Positions 30,327-45,361 are shown, numbered from the stretch's first letter. The stretch: DNA of 64,000 bases from an uncultured Chloroflexia bacterium (GCA_963766685.1 CAVYBJ010000013.1:94554-158553), one strand, 5' to 3'. Numbers and translations: made by a program. The notes: generated from the letters alone by a model not told the origin.

Positions 30327-32566
30327 TCAGAGTCGAGAGGCGACCCTGACTGGACCTCGCTGCCGTCGGGCTCGACGATCTCGCTGACCTCGACCGCCTC
30401 GATGACCTCGCTGCCGTCGGGCTCGACGATCTCGCTGACCTCGACCGCCTCGATGACCTCGCTGCCGTCGGGCTCGACGATCTCGCTGACCTCGACCGCC
30501 TCGATGACCTCGCTGCCGTCGGGCTCGACGATCTCGCTGACCTCGACCGCCTCGATGACCTCGCTGCCGTCGGGCTCGACGATCTCGCTGACCTCGACCG
30601 CCTCGATGACCTCGCTGCCGTCGGGCTCGACGATCTCGCTGACCTCGACCGCCTCGATGACCTCGCTGCCGTCGGGCTCGACGATCTCGCTGACCTCGAC
30701 CGCCTCGATGACCTCGCTGCCGTCGGGCTCGACGATCTCGCTGACCTCGACCGCCTCGATGACCTCGCTGCCGTCGGGCTCGACGATCTCGCTGACCTCG
30801 ACCGCCTCGATGACCTCGCTGCCGTCGGGCTCGACGATCTCGGCCGCGTCCTGCTCGGCGATCTGCAGGCGGACCTGCGCGAAGGCTGCCGCCAGGGTGT
30901 TGTCGATGCCGCCCTCGGGCTCCTGGATGGCCTGCGAGCGGTCGTAGCCGGCGCGCTCGGGGCGGGGTCGCCGCTCGCGCGGGGGCCGGGCAGGGGCTTC
31001 CTCGGCCTGCTTGAGGCTCAGGCCGAGGCGATGGCGCTCGGAGTCCAGCGAGATGATCTTGAGCTTCAGCGTCTGGCCCTCGTTGACCACGTCGCCGGGG
31101 TGGGCGACACGCTGATGCGAGAGCTCGCTGATGTGGATGAGGCCCTCCAGGCCGTCCTTCACGCGCACGAAGGCGCCGAAGTTGACGATCTTGGTGACCG
31201 TGCCATCCACGAGGTCGCCGACCTTGAGGTCGCCGACGGTCGACTGCCAGGGGTCCGGCTGCATGCGCCGGATGGAGAGGCTGATGCGGCCGCGCTCGTG
31301 GTTGATGTCGATGACCTCGGCCTCGACCTCATCCCCGACCTCGTGGGCGCCCTCCGGGTTGTTGACCTTGTTCCAGGAGAGCTCCGACTTGTGCACGAGT
31401 CCGTCGATGCCGCCCAGGTCGATGAAGATGCCGAAGGGCGCGATGGAGCGCACGGTGCCCTTGACCTGCTGGCCGACCTGGAGACTGCTGAAGAGCTCGT
31501 CGCGCTTCTCGCGGCGCTCCTCGTAGAGGGCCACCTTCTCCGAGAGGATGAGGCGGTTGGCCTTGCGGTTGACCTCCAGGATCTTGAGGCGCAGGCGGCG
31601 GCCCACGTAGGGCTGCAGCTTCTCCGCGATCTCCTGGGCCGCGTCGCGCGGCTGGTCGTTCTGCGGCCGCCGCGGGAAGTCGACGATCTGGCTGATGGGC
31701 ACGAAGCCGCGGATGCCACAGTCGACGATCAGGCCGCCCTTGTTGTGGTCGATGACCGGCGCGTCGATGATGTCACCGGCGTCGAACTGCTCCTGCATGG
31801 AGCGCCACTTGCGCTCCAGGCCCGCGCGCCGCAGCGAGAGGACGGCGTGACCGTCGGTCGACTCCGGCTGCAGGACGTAGACCAGGACGGTGTCCCCGAC
31901 GTTGAGGTCGGGCTGGCTCTCGGCGTTGCGGCCGTAGAGCTCGCGGTTGCTGACCACGCCCTCCGACTTGGCGCCGACGTCGACGAGCATCTCGTCCTTG
32001 TCGATGCGGACGATGGTGCCCTCGACCACGTCCCCGTGCTTGAGACTGGGGATGTCGCCGGACTGCTGCGCGAGCAGCTCCTCCATGGTCGTGGGCTCGG
32101 GGCGTTCGGCGACCGGCTCTGCCTGGGCGACCGGCTCGGCGGCCGGGGCCGCCGCGAGCTCATCCTCGGCCACGGGCTCAGGCTCCGTGACGGGCGCGTC
32201 GACGTCCGTGGCGGCCACGGACCCAGCGCCGGCCTCAGCGGCCACGGGCTCGGGCTCCGCAAGGGGCTCGGCGGCCTCGGGCTCAGCGGCAGCGGGGTCA
32301 GGCTCCGCAAGGGCCTCAGCGGCCACGGGCTCGGCGGCCTCGGGCTCGGCGGCCTCGGGCTCGGCGGCCTCCAGCGCTGCTTCCCCCTCGTCAACGACAG
32401 CCGCGTCATCGATCGCCGGCTCGACCTCGGGTACGGCCTCGACAGGTGCGACATCCGTGGCTGCGGCCTCGGGGGTGGCGGTCGCTGTCTCGGTCTCGAT
32501 CCCGGCATCCTCCGGGCTGGTCGTGACGCTATCGGCGTCGGTGATCTGCGGCTCTTCTACGGTCAA
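30327..32566 (-). CDS. rpsA: 30S ribosomal protein S1 (four S1 domains) with long acidic extensions; 3' end uncertain
   Basis: TTG start with AAGGAG RBS; VDVGAKSEG, GFVPISQ, DGLVHKSEL, EGLIHISEL. No in-frame stop before clpC; the nearest TGA (30327-30329) is out of frame. Confidence 0.88.
30353..30841. repeat. Perfect 51-bp tandem repeat, 9.6 copies (EIVEPDGSEVIEAVEVS)
   Basis: 489 bp = 9 x 51 + 30; no mismatches seen on reading all copies. Confidence 0.97.
32235..32372. repeat. Degenerate 15-bp repeats (AAEPE/AAEPV) in the S1 N-terminal extension
   Basis: GGCTCGGCGGCCTCG units and a duplicated AEP(D/E)P block. Confidence 0.75.
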
Positions 32567-32774
32567 CGATCTGGTCTCCTTGGTGGCTGGGCTCCTGTCC
32601 TCCGAGGATGACGACAGCCCGGGTGCGAGCCCGGGCTGCTGGTGCATCGGGTGCGTCGTCCGTGTCCTGCGGGGCGGGATGACTCCTCCGGTACCGGGCC
32701 TGCGCGGCCTGCGTATTCTCGTTCGACAGGGCCCGCGCATCCTATCATGGGCACGACCGCGCAACAATGGCGCG

Positions 32775-33654
32775 ATGCCGGAACTGCCTGACCTGCGCAT
32801 CCTCGCCGAGGCCTTCACGGCTGCACTGGCGGGACGGCCACTGGGACACGCGGTCGTTGCCCAGCCATTGATCCTGCGGGGGACCGCGGCCGAGCTCCGC
32901 GGCTTCGAGGGTCACGTGCTGGAGGCCGTCTCGCAGCGGGGCAAGTTCCTGACGCTCTCCTTCGGCGGCCAGGGTCGGATCGTGGTCAATGCCATGCTCA
33001 CCGGACGCCTCGGCCTGGCGGCACCCGGCAGCAAGCCCTTCACCTCGACGGCCATGGTCTTCACCTTCGGCCCGCGCGCCGCCGGGCTGCCGGCCCGTGA
33101 CCTGGCTCCCTGGACGCATCGGCGCAGCCTGGCTGCCGGCGGATGACGCGATCATCGAGCTGCGCTACCGGGACCCGCGCAGGATGGGCAAGGTCTACCT
33201 GCTGCCGGAGAGCGTGCCGCGGGAGGTCGCCGGCTGGGAGGCGCTCGGCCCGGACGTCGACGACCCGGCCCTGGACTTCGCGACCTGGCAGGCACGCATC
33301 GGGAGGCACGACGGCGAGCTTCACAACCTCCTCAAGAACCAGGCCTTCGTGGCTGGCATCGGCAACGCCTACAGCGACGAGGTGCTCTGGCTGGCGCGCC
33401 TGGGCCCCTTCCGGCGGCGCGCCTCGCTCGCCGACGAGGAGTCGGAGCGCCTGTGGCGAGCCAGCCGGGAGACGATGGCCTGGGCCGTCGCCGAGCTGCG
33501 CACGCGGGTCCCGCCCCGCTTCGAGGAGCAGGCACGCGACTTCCTGAACGTGCACCTGCGGGGCGGCCAGCCGTGCCCGCGTTGCGGGGCGACCCTCGCC
33601 GAGGTCTCCCCGGGCGGATTCGTGACCACGTGGTGCCGTTCCTGCCAGGCCTGA
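32775..33654 (+). CDS. Fpg/Nei-family DNA glycosylase (frameshift near 33117)
   Basis: MPELPD N-terminus, RGKFL, YRDPRRMG, LGPD, GIGNAYSDE, C-terminal CPRC...CRSC Zn finger. Confidence 0.9.
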
Positions 33655-33664
33655 GCCGGCGACG

Positions 33665-34922
33665 CTACTCCACGTAGCGCTGGAACCCCGGGACCGCCTC
33701 GATGTCCGCCCGCGCCATGTCCGGCGAGACGGGAACGATGATGATGTCGCCGGGTTCCGTGTAGGGCCGCTGCTCGGCGATGGCCGGGTTCGCCAGCAGG
33801 ATCTCCCGGCGGCTGGTGCCGAAGGTAGCCGCGATGGCGATGAGGGCCTCGCCCTCCTGCACCTGGTACTCGATACGAGGACCTTCGAGAGCCGCCGGCT
33901 GGTCGCTGGCTGCACTGGCGCCGGGCGACGCCGGCACGCTCGTGGGCAGAGCGGTCGGTCCTGGGGTGACCGGCGGCGCCGCCGTCGGGGCGGCCGATGG
34001 GAGCCGCGATGACCCTGGTGACGAGCTGGCATCCGCGCCCGGCCCGGACCCCCCGCCGCCACTGAGCAGCAGCACGATGACGAAGGCCAGAACGGCCAGC
34101 ACAAGGATGCCGAAGCCGGCGGCGATGAGCGGTCCGCGCGAGTCTCGTCCCTGACCGGAGCTGCTGCCGCTGGATGGGCCGAGGGCGAGCGGCACTGACC
34201 GCACCGATGGCCTGAAGCGCGCCGAGCGGACCTGCTCCGAGGGGATGCCCTCGCGGTCGAAGGCGGCCGACCGGGCCGACTGGGCGACCTTGTACATCTC
34301 ACAGCGGAGATGGCGCTCGGAAAGGCAGTAGCGCTCCTGGAACGCCAGCGGAAGCGAGCTCGGTGGATCCTGGGCCGTGCAGCGGTGCCCGGCGTCGGGC
34401 TGGCTCGAGCGGTAGGTCCCGCGCTCGGACAGCAGATACGGGCAGAGTCCGGTCCAGCCAATCCTGCGAGCCCGCCAGCGGACCGGCCTCCTCGGACCCC
34501 ATCGCCAGCGTGCCCGTCGGCGTCGTCCACCGGCGCGTGCTCCGCCGCACCTTCCGAGGCGGGCGGCGGGGACTGCCGTGCCGGCGCCACCGGCATGGGC
34601 GCGGAGGGCACGACGGGTGGGGGCGGCGCGCCGACGGGCGGCGGGAACGAGAGCGTGGGAGGGCCAGCCGGCCGTGGGGGCACGGACGGCGGCATGCCCG
34701 GTGGGGCGGCGATGCGGGAGGCACGGATGCCTGGCCGACACCGGCCACCGGGGGCGGCGGAGGCACGCCCACGCACCCGGCGCAGGACGCGGCGGCGGCG
34801 CCCATGCAGGCCCCGCCTTCATCACCGGTGATGGGTGCGTTCGGCTCGCCCCACGGTCCGGTCATGGGCTGCGCCTGACCGTCCGGCGGCGGCATCTGCT
34901 CACGGCGAGGGTCCGGCTGCAC
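33665..34922 (-). CDS. Membrane protein: Pro-rich N-terminus, Cys-rich module, one TM helix, C-terminal LysM; frameshifts in the 5' part
   Basis: YQVQEGEALIAIAATFGTSRREILLANP...EPGDIIIVP (LysM); TM segment LIAAGFGILVLAVLAFVIVLLL; GTG at 34922 six nt after TATCAT. Confidence 0.75.
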
Positions 34923-35099
34923 ACCCCGATGATACGGTGTCGCCGGCCGCACGATCCCCACATCCAGGCGCGCACCCTGCCCGGCCCACCGCACGATCAC
35001 CCGGACAGCGGCCGTTCGCAGCCTGTCCGGCCAGCGCGACCCCTGGCTCATCCGCGCGGGGCGTGGCCTCACCCGACGCGGTCCGTGAAACGCAAGAGA

Positions 35100-35217
<118 letters not shown>

Positions 35218-35385
35218 TCTCGTGCGTGTGGTCGTGACGTGAATACGTGATCGGAACGGCAAGCGACCTGGCCTGCCTGTGAGTCTGAACCTCGATTCCT
35301 GCCGTTGAGCGGCGACCAGCGGTCGCCCACGACGCGGTGATGATGCCGCGATCCCTTCAGCTGCCCATGGGTGGGTTGCTGAAAA

Positions 35386-38457
<3,072 letters not shown>

Positions 38458-38840
38458 TCCCTCAACAACTCACCCAACGGCCAGTTGCCAAGGGATGTCC
38501 GGGATCATCACCTTGTCGTTCTATCTCGGCAGAAATCGAAGTTCAAAAAAGACTCAATTTCTTCCGATCACGTATTCACTTTGTAAGGTGCTGCGAGTCA
38601 CCTCGCATATCCAGCGATCCGCTGGTCGGTGACCTCCAGGCCATTGCCTGGAGCCCACGGACCAGTTGATCTCACGGCGACTGACACCACAAGACGGCTC
38701 GAAGACCTCGAGCCGTCCCTTCGATCAGCCTGGGGTGTCGCTCTTCGAGAGCCGCCGGGGTCTACCCGATATTCGTTTCCATCGGCAGGTGCGCTGTTCG
38801 CAGCCTCAGTTCCTCCGTGCCTTCGCGGACGGCGACAGGG

Positions 38841-38916
38841 TGGTGGAGACGAGGAGACTCGAACTCCTGACCCTCTCCTTGCAAAGGAGATGCTCTTCCG
38901 ACTGAGCTACGTCCCC
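38841..38916 (-). tRNA. tRNA-Ala (TGC)
   Basis: ITS tRNA, anticodon loop TTTGCAA. Confidence 0.97.
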
Positions 38917-38945
38917 TTGCACGCGCCGGCCATCTGAACGGTACG

Positions 38946-39022
38946 TGGTGGGCGTTTCTGGACTCGAACCAGAGGCCTCTGCCTTATCAGGGCAGTGCTC
39001 TAACCAACTGAGCTAAACGCCC
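38946..39022 (-). tRNA. tRNA-Ile (GAT)
   Basis: ITS tRNA, anticodon loop CTGATAA. Confidence 0.97.
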
Positions 39023-39060
39023 GGCGTTGTCCCGCGACGAGCGGACTCGCCGGGGTCACT

Positions 39061-39089
39061 GCACCTTAACACTTGAAGAGTGGCAGACA
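39061..39089 (-). other. 3' arm of the 16S processing stem (pairs with about 40828-40856)
   Basis: GCACCTTAACACTTGAAGAGTGGCAGACA is a near-perfect inverted copy of the leader boxA-like segment; an analogous pair flanks 23S (about 38562-38579 and 35238-35257). Confidence 0.8.
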
Positions 39090-39256
39090 AGGTCTTGTAC
39101 GAGCGGTTTCGGTGCTTGGTGCTGGGTCGTCACGATCTCACGCGGACGGATCCGCGCGCCGCCCCCACCCAGCCGGGTGGCGGTCTCGATCGTGGCGATC
39201 AACCTGGGAGGGTGTCTAGCGCTCCGGCCTCACCGATGGCCTCGGCTCCCTCTCCC

Positions 39257-40757
<1,501 letters not shown>

Positions 40758-40900
40758 ACGAAAAGGATGTTCCTTGCGGTTCATCCTTTGAATTCGGGGT
40801 TTGCCCGCTCGCACAAACAAATGACTCTGTCTGCCACTCTTCACTTGTTAAGGTGCCCGGCCAGACTCCAAGTCTCCTTGGCTGTCCGGCGCGGCCGCCT

Positions 40901-40930
40901 ATGATGACACATGTTCCTGAGGGGTGTCAA
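40901..40930 (-). promoter_or_regulatory. rRNA operon promoter
   Basis: TTGACA-18 nt-CATCAT (TG-extended) followed by a GC-rich discriminator. Confidence 0.65.
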
Positions 40931-41063
40931 CCGCAGGTCTGGCCACCTCCGAGCCGGATGGCCCGGGTGGCGCTGCGCGTGGTCCGCGCGGCGCAGAAGC
41001 AGGATGATAGGCGCTCGGCGCGGCGCGCCGTCAAACCGGCCCACGGCTCCGCGCAGCGCGGCT

Positions 41064-41249
41064 TCAGATGATGCCGGTCTCCGCGAGCAGGATGAAGGCC
41101 GAGGTGCTCAGCCAACAGGCCAGGAAGAGCAGGGCCGACCCGGGCTCGCCCAGGAGGCCGGTCAGCACCCAGTAGAGGACGACGGCCAGCAGCAGGGCGA
41201 TGAGCGGTTTGATGAGCCGCAGGAGCGCCTCGTTGACGAGGTAGCTCAT
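41064..41249 (-). CDS. Small two-TM hypothetical protein (61 aa)
   Basis: MSYLVNEALLRLIKPLIALLLAVVLYWVLTGLLGEPGSALLFLACWLSTSAFILLAETGII; ATGA overlap with recR; GC3-rich codons. Confidence 0.75.
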   Translation of the reverse strand: MSYLVNEALLRLIKPLIALLLAVVLYWVLTGLLGEPGSALLFLACWLSTSAFILLAETGII

Positions 41250-41879
41250 CGCCCGGGGCCCTTCTCGACCTGCTGGCGACCCTGAAGGGCTCGCACGAGG
41301 GTCACCTCGTCGGCGTACTCGAGGTCGCCGCCCACCGGGATGCCCCTCGCGATGCGTGACACGAGACCCACCTGGCCAGAGATGCGCTCGGCGATGTACA
41401 TCGACGTGGCTTCCCCTTCGAGGGTCGGGTTGGTGGCGATGACGACCTCCTCGAACGGGGCTCCCGCGGCGACCCGCGCAGCGATGCGCTCGAGCAGCGA
41501 CCCGATGCGCAGGCGGTCGGGACCGATGCCGTCCATCGGCGAGATGGCGCCGTGCAGCACGTGGTAGCGGCCCCGGAAGGCCCGCGTGCGTTCCAGTGCC
41601 AGGACGTCGAGGGGCTCCTCGACGACGCAGAGGCGAGCATCGTCGCGCCCAGGGTCGCTGCAGATGGGGCACAGGGGACCGGTGCTGATGTCGTGACAGC
41701 GCTCGCAGAAGACGACGTCATCGCGGACGGACACGAGGGCCGCCGCCAGGTTCCGGGCCTCCGACTCAGGCGCGCGCAGCAGGTGATAGGTGAGCCGCTG
41801 GGCGGTCTTCGGCCCGATGCCGGGCAGCCTGCGAGAACGACTCGATGAGCCTGGCGACCGGCTCGATGAGCTGGCTCAC
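41246..41879 (-). CDS. recR: Recombination protein RecR (frameshift near 41830)
   Basis: LPGIGPKTAQR, CERC...CPIC, CVVEEP, YHVLHGAISP, ATNPTLEGEAT, GGDLEYAD. Confidence 0.96.
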
Positions 41880-41924
41880 GGGCGCAGGGCCGGCGGCGTC
41901 AGGCGCGCCGGCCGATGGGCGACC

Positions 41925-42232
41925 CTAGAGGCCGGGGATGCGCAGGCCACTGGTGACACGCGACATCTTGTCCTCGGCCGTCTTGCGGGCATTGGCGAGG
42001 GCGTCCCCGACGGCCGCCACGATCGAGGTCCTGCAGCATCTCCACGTCATCGGGATCCACGACGCTCGGGATCGATGCTGAGCGAGACGATCTCCTGCTT
42101 GCCGGTCACGACCGCCTTGACGACGCCGCCGCCGGCGCTGCCCTCGACCTGCAGGTCGTGCAGCTCCTGCTCGACGCGGGCCATGTCAGCCTGCATCTGC
42201 TGAGCCATCCTGGCCAGGTTGCCCATGCCCAC
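41925..42232 (-). CDS. ybaB: YbaB/EbfC nucleoid-associated protein (two frameshifts)
   Basis: AQQMQADM...GSAGGGVVKAVVTG; corrected continuation IDPSVVDPDDVEMLQDLIVAA...LRIPGL*; lies between dnaX and recR. Confidence 0.92.
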
Positions 42233-42250
42233 GCGCTGTCTCCTTCGTGA

Positions 42251-43989
42251 CTAGTCGATGTCCTCGACCCCGGCCAGCTCACCGTCGAAGATGCGCCGCG
42301 CCTGGGCGACGAGGTCATCTTCGCCAGAGTCGACCGGCTCGACGAGCTCAAGGTTGGTCACCACGCAGCGTACCGCCACGGGCCGGCCGATGACGGCCGA
42401 GATGCCATCCTCCAGGACGAGGCGCTTGCGCTCGGCGATGTCGCGCATGAAGGCCTGGTCCTCGGGGAAGCCCAGGACCAGGAAGCCGTCGCGGAACTCG
42501 ACCGGGCGGCACGAGCTGACCAGGGGACGATTGGCCGGATTGGCCCCGATGGCCGACACGATGCCGGGCCAGGCCGAGCGAACGGCGACGATGTCGCCCC
42601 CATCGGGCGGACTCGTGGTCCGGGCGACCCGGGCCGGCTTCCGCGCCTCCACCGGCCCGGGCGGCAGGGCCGCCGTGGGGCCAGTCGCGGGACCGGTCGC
42701 GGGTCCGGTCGCCACGGGGCCTGCGGCTGCGGGTTCGGCCGCGACGGGCACGTCGAGCTGGCCGGCCGAGGACGCGCGCGGCGTCGGACCCGGCCTCTGC
42801 GGGGGCGACGGCTTCGCGGTGGTAGCTGATGGGAGTCGCGCTGATGGGAGTGGCGCTGATGCCGGCGGGGCTGGTGGCACGACCGGCGGCGCCACCGACG
42901 CGACGCCCGCCGGGGTGCCGTCCGCGACCGCCAGCAGGCACAGTTCGAGCTGCCAGCGGTAGCCCCCCAGGCCACTGCGGCTGGCGTCGACGCCGGTGAG
43001 GCGCCGGGCGGCATCCGTGAGCGTGCGAGCCCCGGCTCGAGACTCCGGCGAGGGTGCCGACAGGCGCTCCACGAGCACCTCCCGCAGGCGCGACACGAGC
43101 TGTTCGCTGAAGGCCACCAGGTCGCGACCTTCGGCCTCCAGGGCATCGAGGATGCGGATGCCCGCGAGCACGTCGCCGCCCACGAGCGCGTCGACGAAGT
43201 CGTCCACGACCGTGGCGTCGGCCAGGCCGAGCAGGTCGGCCACCGAGGCCGCGCGTGATGGGATCGGCCGAGCTCACCGAGGACCTGGTCGAGCATGGAC
43301 TCGGCGTCCCGCATGCCGCCGCTGGCTAGCCGGGCGATGAGCGCCAGCGCCTCCGGCTCCACGCTGCGCCCCTCGGCCACGAGGATGCGCCGGAGCTTGC
43401 CCTCGATGTCGGCGCTCGCCAGCGGACGGAAGGTGAAGCGCTGCAGGCGCGAGACGACGGCCGGGCGGATCTGGCTGGGATCGGTGGTGCAGAAGATGAA
43501 GAGCACGCCCTCCGGCGGCTCCTCGAGGGTCTTGAGGAGGACGTCCCAGCCCTCCTTGATGCGCTGGACCTCGTCGATGATGAAGACCTTGCGCCGAAGG
43601 TCCGCCGCGCCCGTGTAGACGCGCGGCACCAGCTCCCGCATGTCGTCCACCTTGTTATTGGAGGCAGCATCCAGCTCGATGACGTCCAGGGCCCGACCCT
43701 CGCGGATGGAGACACAGCTGAGGCAGGCGTCGCAGGGCTCCCCGTCCCGCAGGTCCGTGCAGTTGACGGCCTTGGCCAGGATCCGCGCCATGGAGGTCTT
43801 GCCCGTGCCGCGCGGTCCCACGAAGAGGAAGCCGTGGCCGACGCGACCGAGGCGGACGGCGTTGTGGAGCGTCTCCACCACCGGGCCCTGGCCGACCATC
43901 TCCGAGAACGTCTGGGCGCGGAAGCGCCGGTAGATGGCCTGCCTCTGGCCCTCTGTCCCGGGGCTCATGCTGCTCGGTGTCTCGACCAT
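42251..43989 (-). CDS. dnaX: DNA polymerase III gamma/tau subunit (frameshifts near 43250-43280)
   Basis: IYRRFRAQTFSEMVGQ, GPRGTGKTS, ELDAASN, IIDEV, LKTLEEPP, SRLQRF, GGMRDAES. Confidence 0.95.
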
Positions 43990-44094
43990 CGGTCTCCCTG
44001 TGCCGGGGCGCGCCTGCGGGGCCGGCCCGGCCTGGTCGGCATGTCCGCCGCGCTCCGGCGGCGGGCGGCCGCACATGGCGGAACTGGGTCTCTT

Positions 44095-44364
44095 GCCGTG
44101 CACCCTCCGTCGATCACGACCGCTCGCGAGCCCGACCAAGGCGTCCGGCTCGGACCAGGCCGGTCCGCGGCACCCGGCGAGCAGCGCTTAACGCTGCTTC
44201 CTTCCGGACCTGACGTGGTTCACGCGTCGCCGCTGCGCGGGACCCGATCCTCAACACCGATCGCCCCGTTGGCGTCCGCGGGCAGCGGACCTCGGGAGGG
44301 GATTCAGCCCTGCTGGAGCGGATTGCAGGTACAGGGCACCGCTAGTTCCCCGCCTAGCACGGCC
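44095..44364 (-). ncRNA. ffs: SRP RNA, large (Alu-domain) bacterial type
   Basis: Helix 8 GTCAGGTCCGGAAGGAAGCAGC; 5' GCCGTGCTAGGCGGGGAACTAGCGGTGCCCTGTACCTGCAATCCGCT; terminal GCCGTGC/GCACGGC pairing; upstream TATGAT. Confidence 0.93.
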
Positions 44365-44403
44365 TAGGCATCATAGCGGGCGGCGGCAGGAAGGGGCTCG
44401 GGA

Positions 44404-44491
44404 TGGCGGAGAGGGTGGGATTCGAACCCACGATGAGTTTCCCCATACGGCATTTCCAGTGCCGCGCCCTAGGCCTCTAGGCGACCTCTCC
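44404..44491 (-). tRNA. tRNA-Ser (GGA)
   Basis: 88 nt, long variable arm, anticodon loop CTGGAAA. Confidence 0.96.
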
Positions 44492-44525
44492 ATGGCGCCG
44501 CCCGACTGCGAACGGCAGGAGGAGA

Positions 44526-44612
<87 letters not shown>

Positions 44613-44726
44613 GCGGGCGAGTCTAGCAAAGCATCGCCGGTGACCGGGGACAGGCGTTGCCGGGGACCACGGGGCTCCACCCTGGCGGCGCCCCCGGACC
44701 CCGGGGATCGCGGCTCGACCGCGCCG

Positions 44727-45182
44727 TCAGGCCCGCAGGCGCTCGGGATCGAGGTCAGGCCGCAGGTCGGCGGCGTCGTCGCGCAGGATGCCGGAGACCA
44801 CGTTGAGGCGACGCGGCAGGCCGCGGGCCTCCGCCAGGGCGACCGCCGGAATGGCAGGCACCCTCGCCAGGGTCGGCCAGCGAGTAGACGACCCCGTCCG
44901 CGTCCGCCTGCTGCAGGGCTCCGACGCACATGGCGCAGGGCTCCACGACGCAGAAGACGGTCATGCCGGCCAGCGACCGACGGCCCAGGCGGCGTGGCCG
45001 CCTCGCGGACGGCGATGATGACGGCGTGCGCCGTGGGATCGCCCGCTGCCGCGCACGGACTCGCGGCCGTGCGCCACCATGGCCTCGTCCAGCACGGCCA
45101 CGGCGCCATCGGCACGCTCACCGGCGCGGGCAGCCTGGACGGCCTCCGAGAGCGCCGCTCGCATGTAGAGCTCGTAGTTCAT
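44727..45182 (-). CDS. TadA-like deaminase lacking the catalytic Glu (HAV); several frameshifts
   Basis: YMRAALSEA...GAVAV...DPTAHAVIIAVREAA...VEPCAMCVGAL...DP..GAC...LNVVSGILRDDAA; sits at the conserved tadA-ffs-dnaX position. Confidence 0.85.
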
Positions 45183-45361
45183 GGTCGCCTGTGGCCCATC
45201 CTCATCCTTCGAACGCGCGTCGCGCGTGGCCTTCATCGTAGCGGCCGCACGGAGGCGCTACCATCGTGAACCGCAACGTCATCGGTCCGCGCGACCGTCC
45301 ATCACACGTGATGTCAGGCAGGCGCCAGGGCCTGCCTGGAAGAGGGGATCAGCAGAACGAC

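Noticed and set aside
30353-30841. 51-bp repeat array as a CRISPR array
   Set aside because: Units are contiguous and identical with no spacers, the length is a multiple of 3 in frame with rpsA, and no cas genes are present.
43240-43290. Programmed frameshift in dnaX producing gamma and tau
   Set aside because: The break is inside the clamp-loader core, has no slippery A-run, and is repaired by removing two single bases like the other errors.
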